NCBI GenBank assembly: GCA_019057635.1
Contig: DXJL01000174.1
Location: forward strand, 1-49,755
Direction: 5' to 3'
Length of the DNA stretch: 49,755 nucleotides
Origin: Candidatus Heimdallarchaeota archaeon
GTDB taxonomy: Archaea > Asgardarchaeota > Heimdallarchaeia > Hodarchaeales > Hodarchaeaceae
Positions within the stretch are counted from its first letter, which is position 1. Each line of letters begins with the position of its first letter. The notes under the pieces are model-generated. The model had not been told where the DNA came from. It searched no databases and was given only the letters and a program-made list of their open reading frames with translations. The translations under genes were made by a program, and so were the position numbers. Below, piece by piece: positions 48,882-49,755 of this stretch.

Positions 48882-49755
48882 TTGAAATTGTCAATACAAA
48901 ATAAACGCTTATCACCGTTTTATTCACTTTTACTAATAGTTCCCCTCTTAATCATGTCTTCCCTCCTATTCCCCTTCGTTGGTATTATTCTTCCTCAGGA
49001 GAAGCAATCAGCAGGACAATACATTACTTCATTGCGTGACCCAGACCTTGACACAAATCCACTTCCCCAATCAGGAATATATCGTAATAAAGATTCACAA
49101 AACTCTCCTTATTACTCAATTACAGAAATTGAACCAGATAAAGCAATTTATTTCCCTGAAGAAACAATAAGTGTTGCTAATCGCTTCAATAGCGCTCAAA
49201 CTGGGAGTTATGCGATTGTTTCTCAAGTTATCTATCTATATCTAAATAGTAGCACAATTACGAACCTTTCCGACACCACACATCTTATTGCAACAACGGT
49301 GACTAACGGCACACATCCAGAAGACTATCCTGCCATTTCAGATAATCAAACTTATGGAATGATCGATGTGACATTTATAATCCCAGAAATGACAAACTTA
49401 ACCGATAGATATGGTATTTCACCTGGAGATAATGTATCAATTTTTCAATACTATCCTGGAGGTAGTACAAATACAACAGCGAAAATAGAAAATGTTGTAG
49501 CTTTCGCGAAAATTGATTATTTTACTGTTAGTGGGTTTTCAACACTAGTTGAGACAAATCCAGGCTTTATTAATTCGGCCAGTGGTGATGAGACTTTTCG
49601 TCAGGGAGAGGAGGCAAGTGTTGTTCTTACGGCTCAATCGGGTACCACACCATTATCAGGACTTATTGTAGATGTTCAACTCCATGATGGGACTACTCAT
49701 GCCTTAATATCAAACGGAGGCCCTCAGGGAATTAGCTATAATCTTCTTGATATGA
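48882..49755 (+). CDS. Secreted/surface glycoprotein, partial (runs off the window end)
   Basis: Frame open from TTG 48882/48888 to the end; GGTGA SD at 48876; signal peptide-like N-terminus; N-x-S/T sequons NSS, NLS, NGT, NQT, NLT, NVS, NTT. Confidence 0.75.
   Translation, partial: MKLSIQNKRLSPFYSLLLIVPLLIMSSLLFPFVGIILPQEKQSAGQYITSLRDPDLDTNPLPQSGIYRNKDSQNSPYYSITEIEPDKAIYFPEETISVANRFNSAQTGSYAIVSQVIYLYLNSSTITNLSDTTHLIATTVTNGTHPEDYPAISDNQTYGMIDVTFIIPEMTNLTDRYGISPGDNVSIFQYYPGGSTNTTAKIENVVAFAKIDYFTVSGFSTLVETNPGFINSASGDETFRQGEEASVVLTAQSGTTPLSGLIVDVQLHDGTTHALISNGGPQGISYNLLDM

Noticed and set aside
48979-49170. 63-aa ORF in the track
   Set aside because: It is out of frame inside the longer open frame 48882 to the window end
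1-49755. CRISPR array, rRNA genes or provirus
   Set aside because: No regularly spaced repeats, rRNA sequence, integrase or capsid genes seen

Overview
AT-rich archaeal chromosomal window, most likely from an Asgard archaeon (probably Heimdallarchaeia/Hodarchaeales-like). This is inferred from an ARPC4-like protein, a roadblock protein, eL22, eL38 and a Urm1-like protein. Most of it is housekeeping: Cdc48, the proteasome-alpha/SBDS/exosome/L37Ae/Brix/Pcc1/prefoldin superoperon, aIF5A, Nob1, HPS/PHI, LonB, FtsZ, HypAB, DnaG, a histone, uL16, pelota, site-2 protease, OTC and CofE. It also holds a type IV pilin with a divergent membrane-anchored regulator, one decayed IS607-like tnpB element and one intact tnpB. 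The main signals are non-coding and absent from the ORF track. (i) Three box C/D guide RNAs with terminal stems. By the D+5 rule their guides hit SSU rRNA positions equivalent to yeast Gm1271, Gm1428 and Cm1639, plus C34 of tRNA-Leu(CAA). (ii) An unassigned ~275-nt K-turn-containing structured RNA between dnaG and coaD. (iii) Five tRNA genes, all with 28-30 nt BHB-type introns at non-canonical positions, including a rare 41/42 site. All rRNA, snoRNA and protein comparisons are to reference sequences recalled from memory, not database searches.
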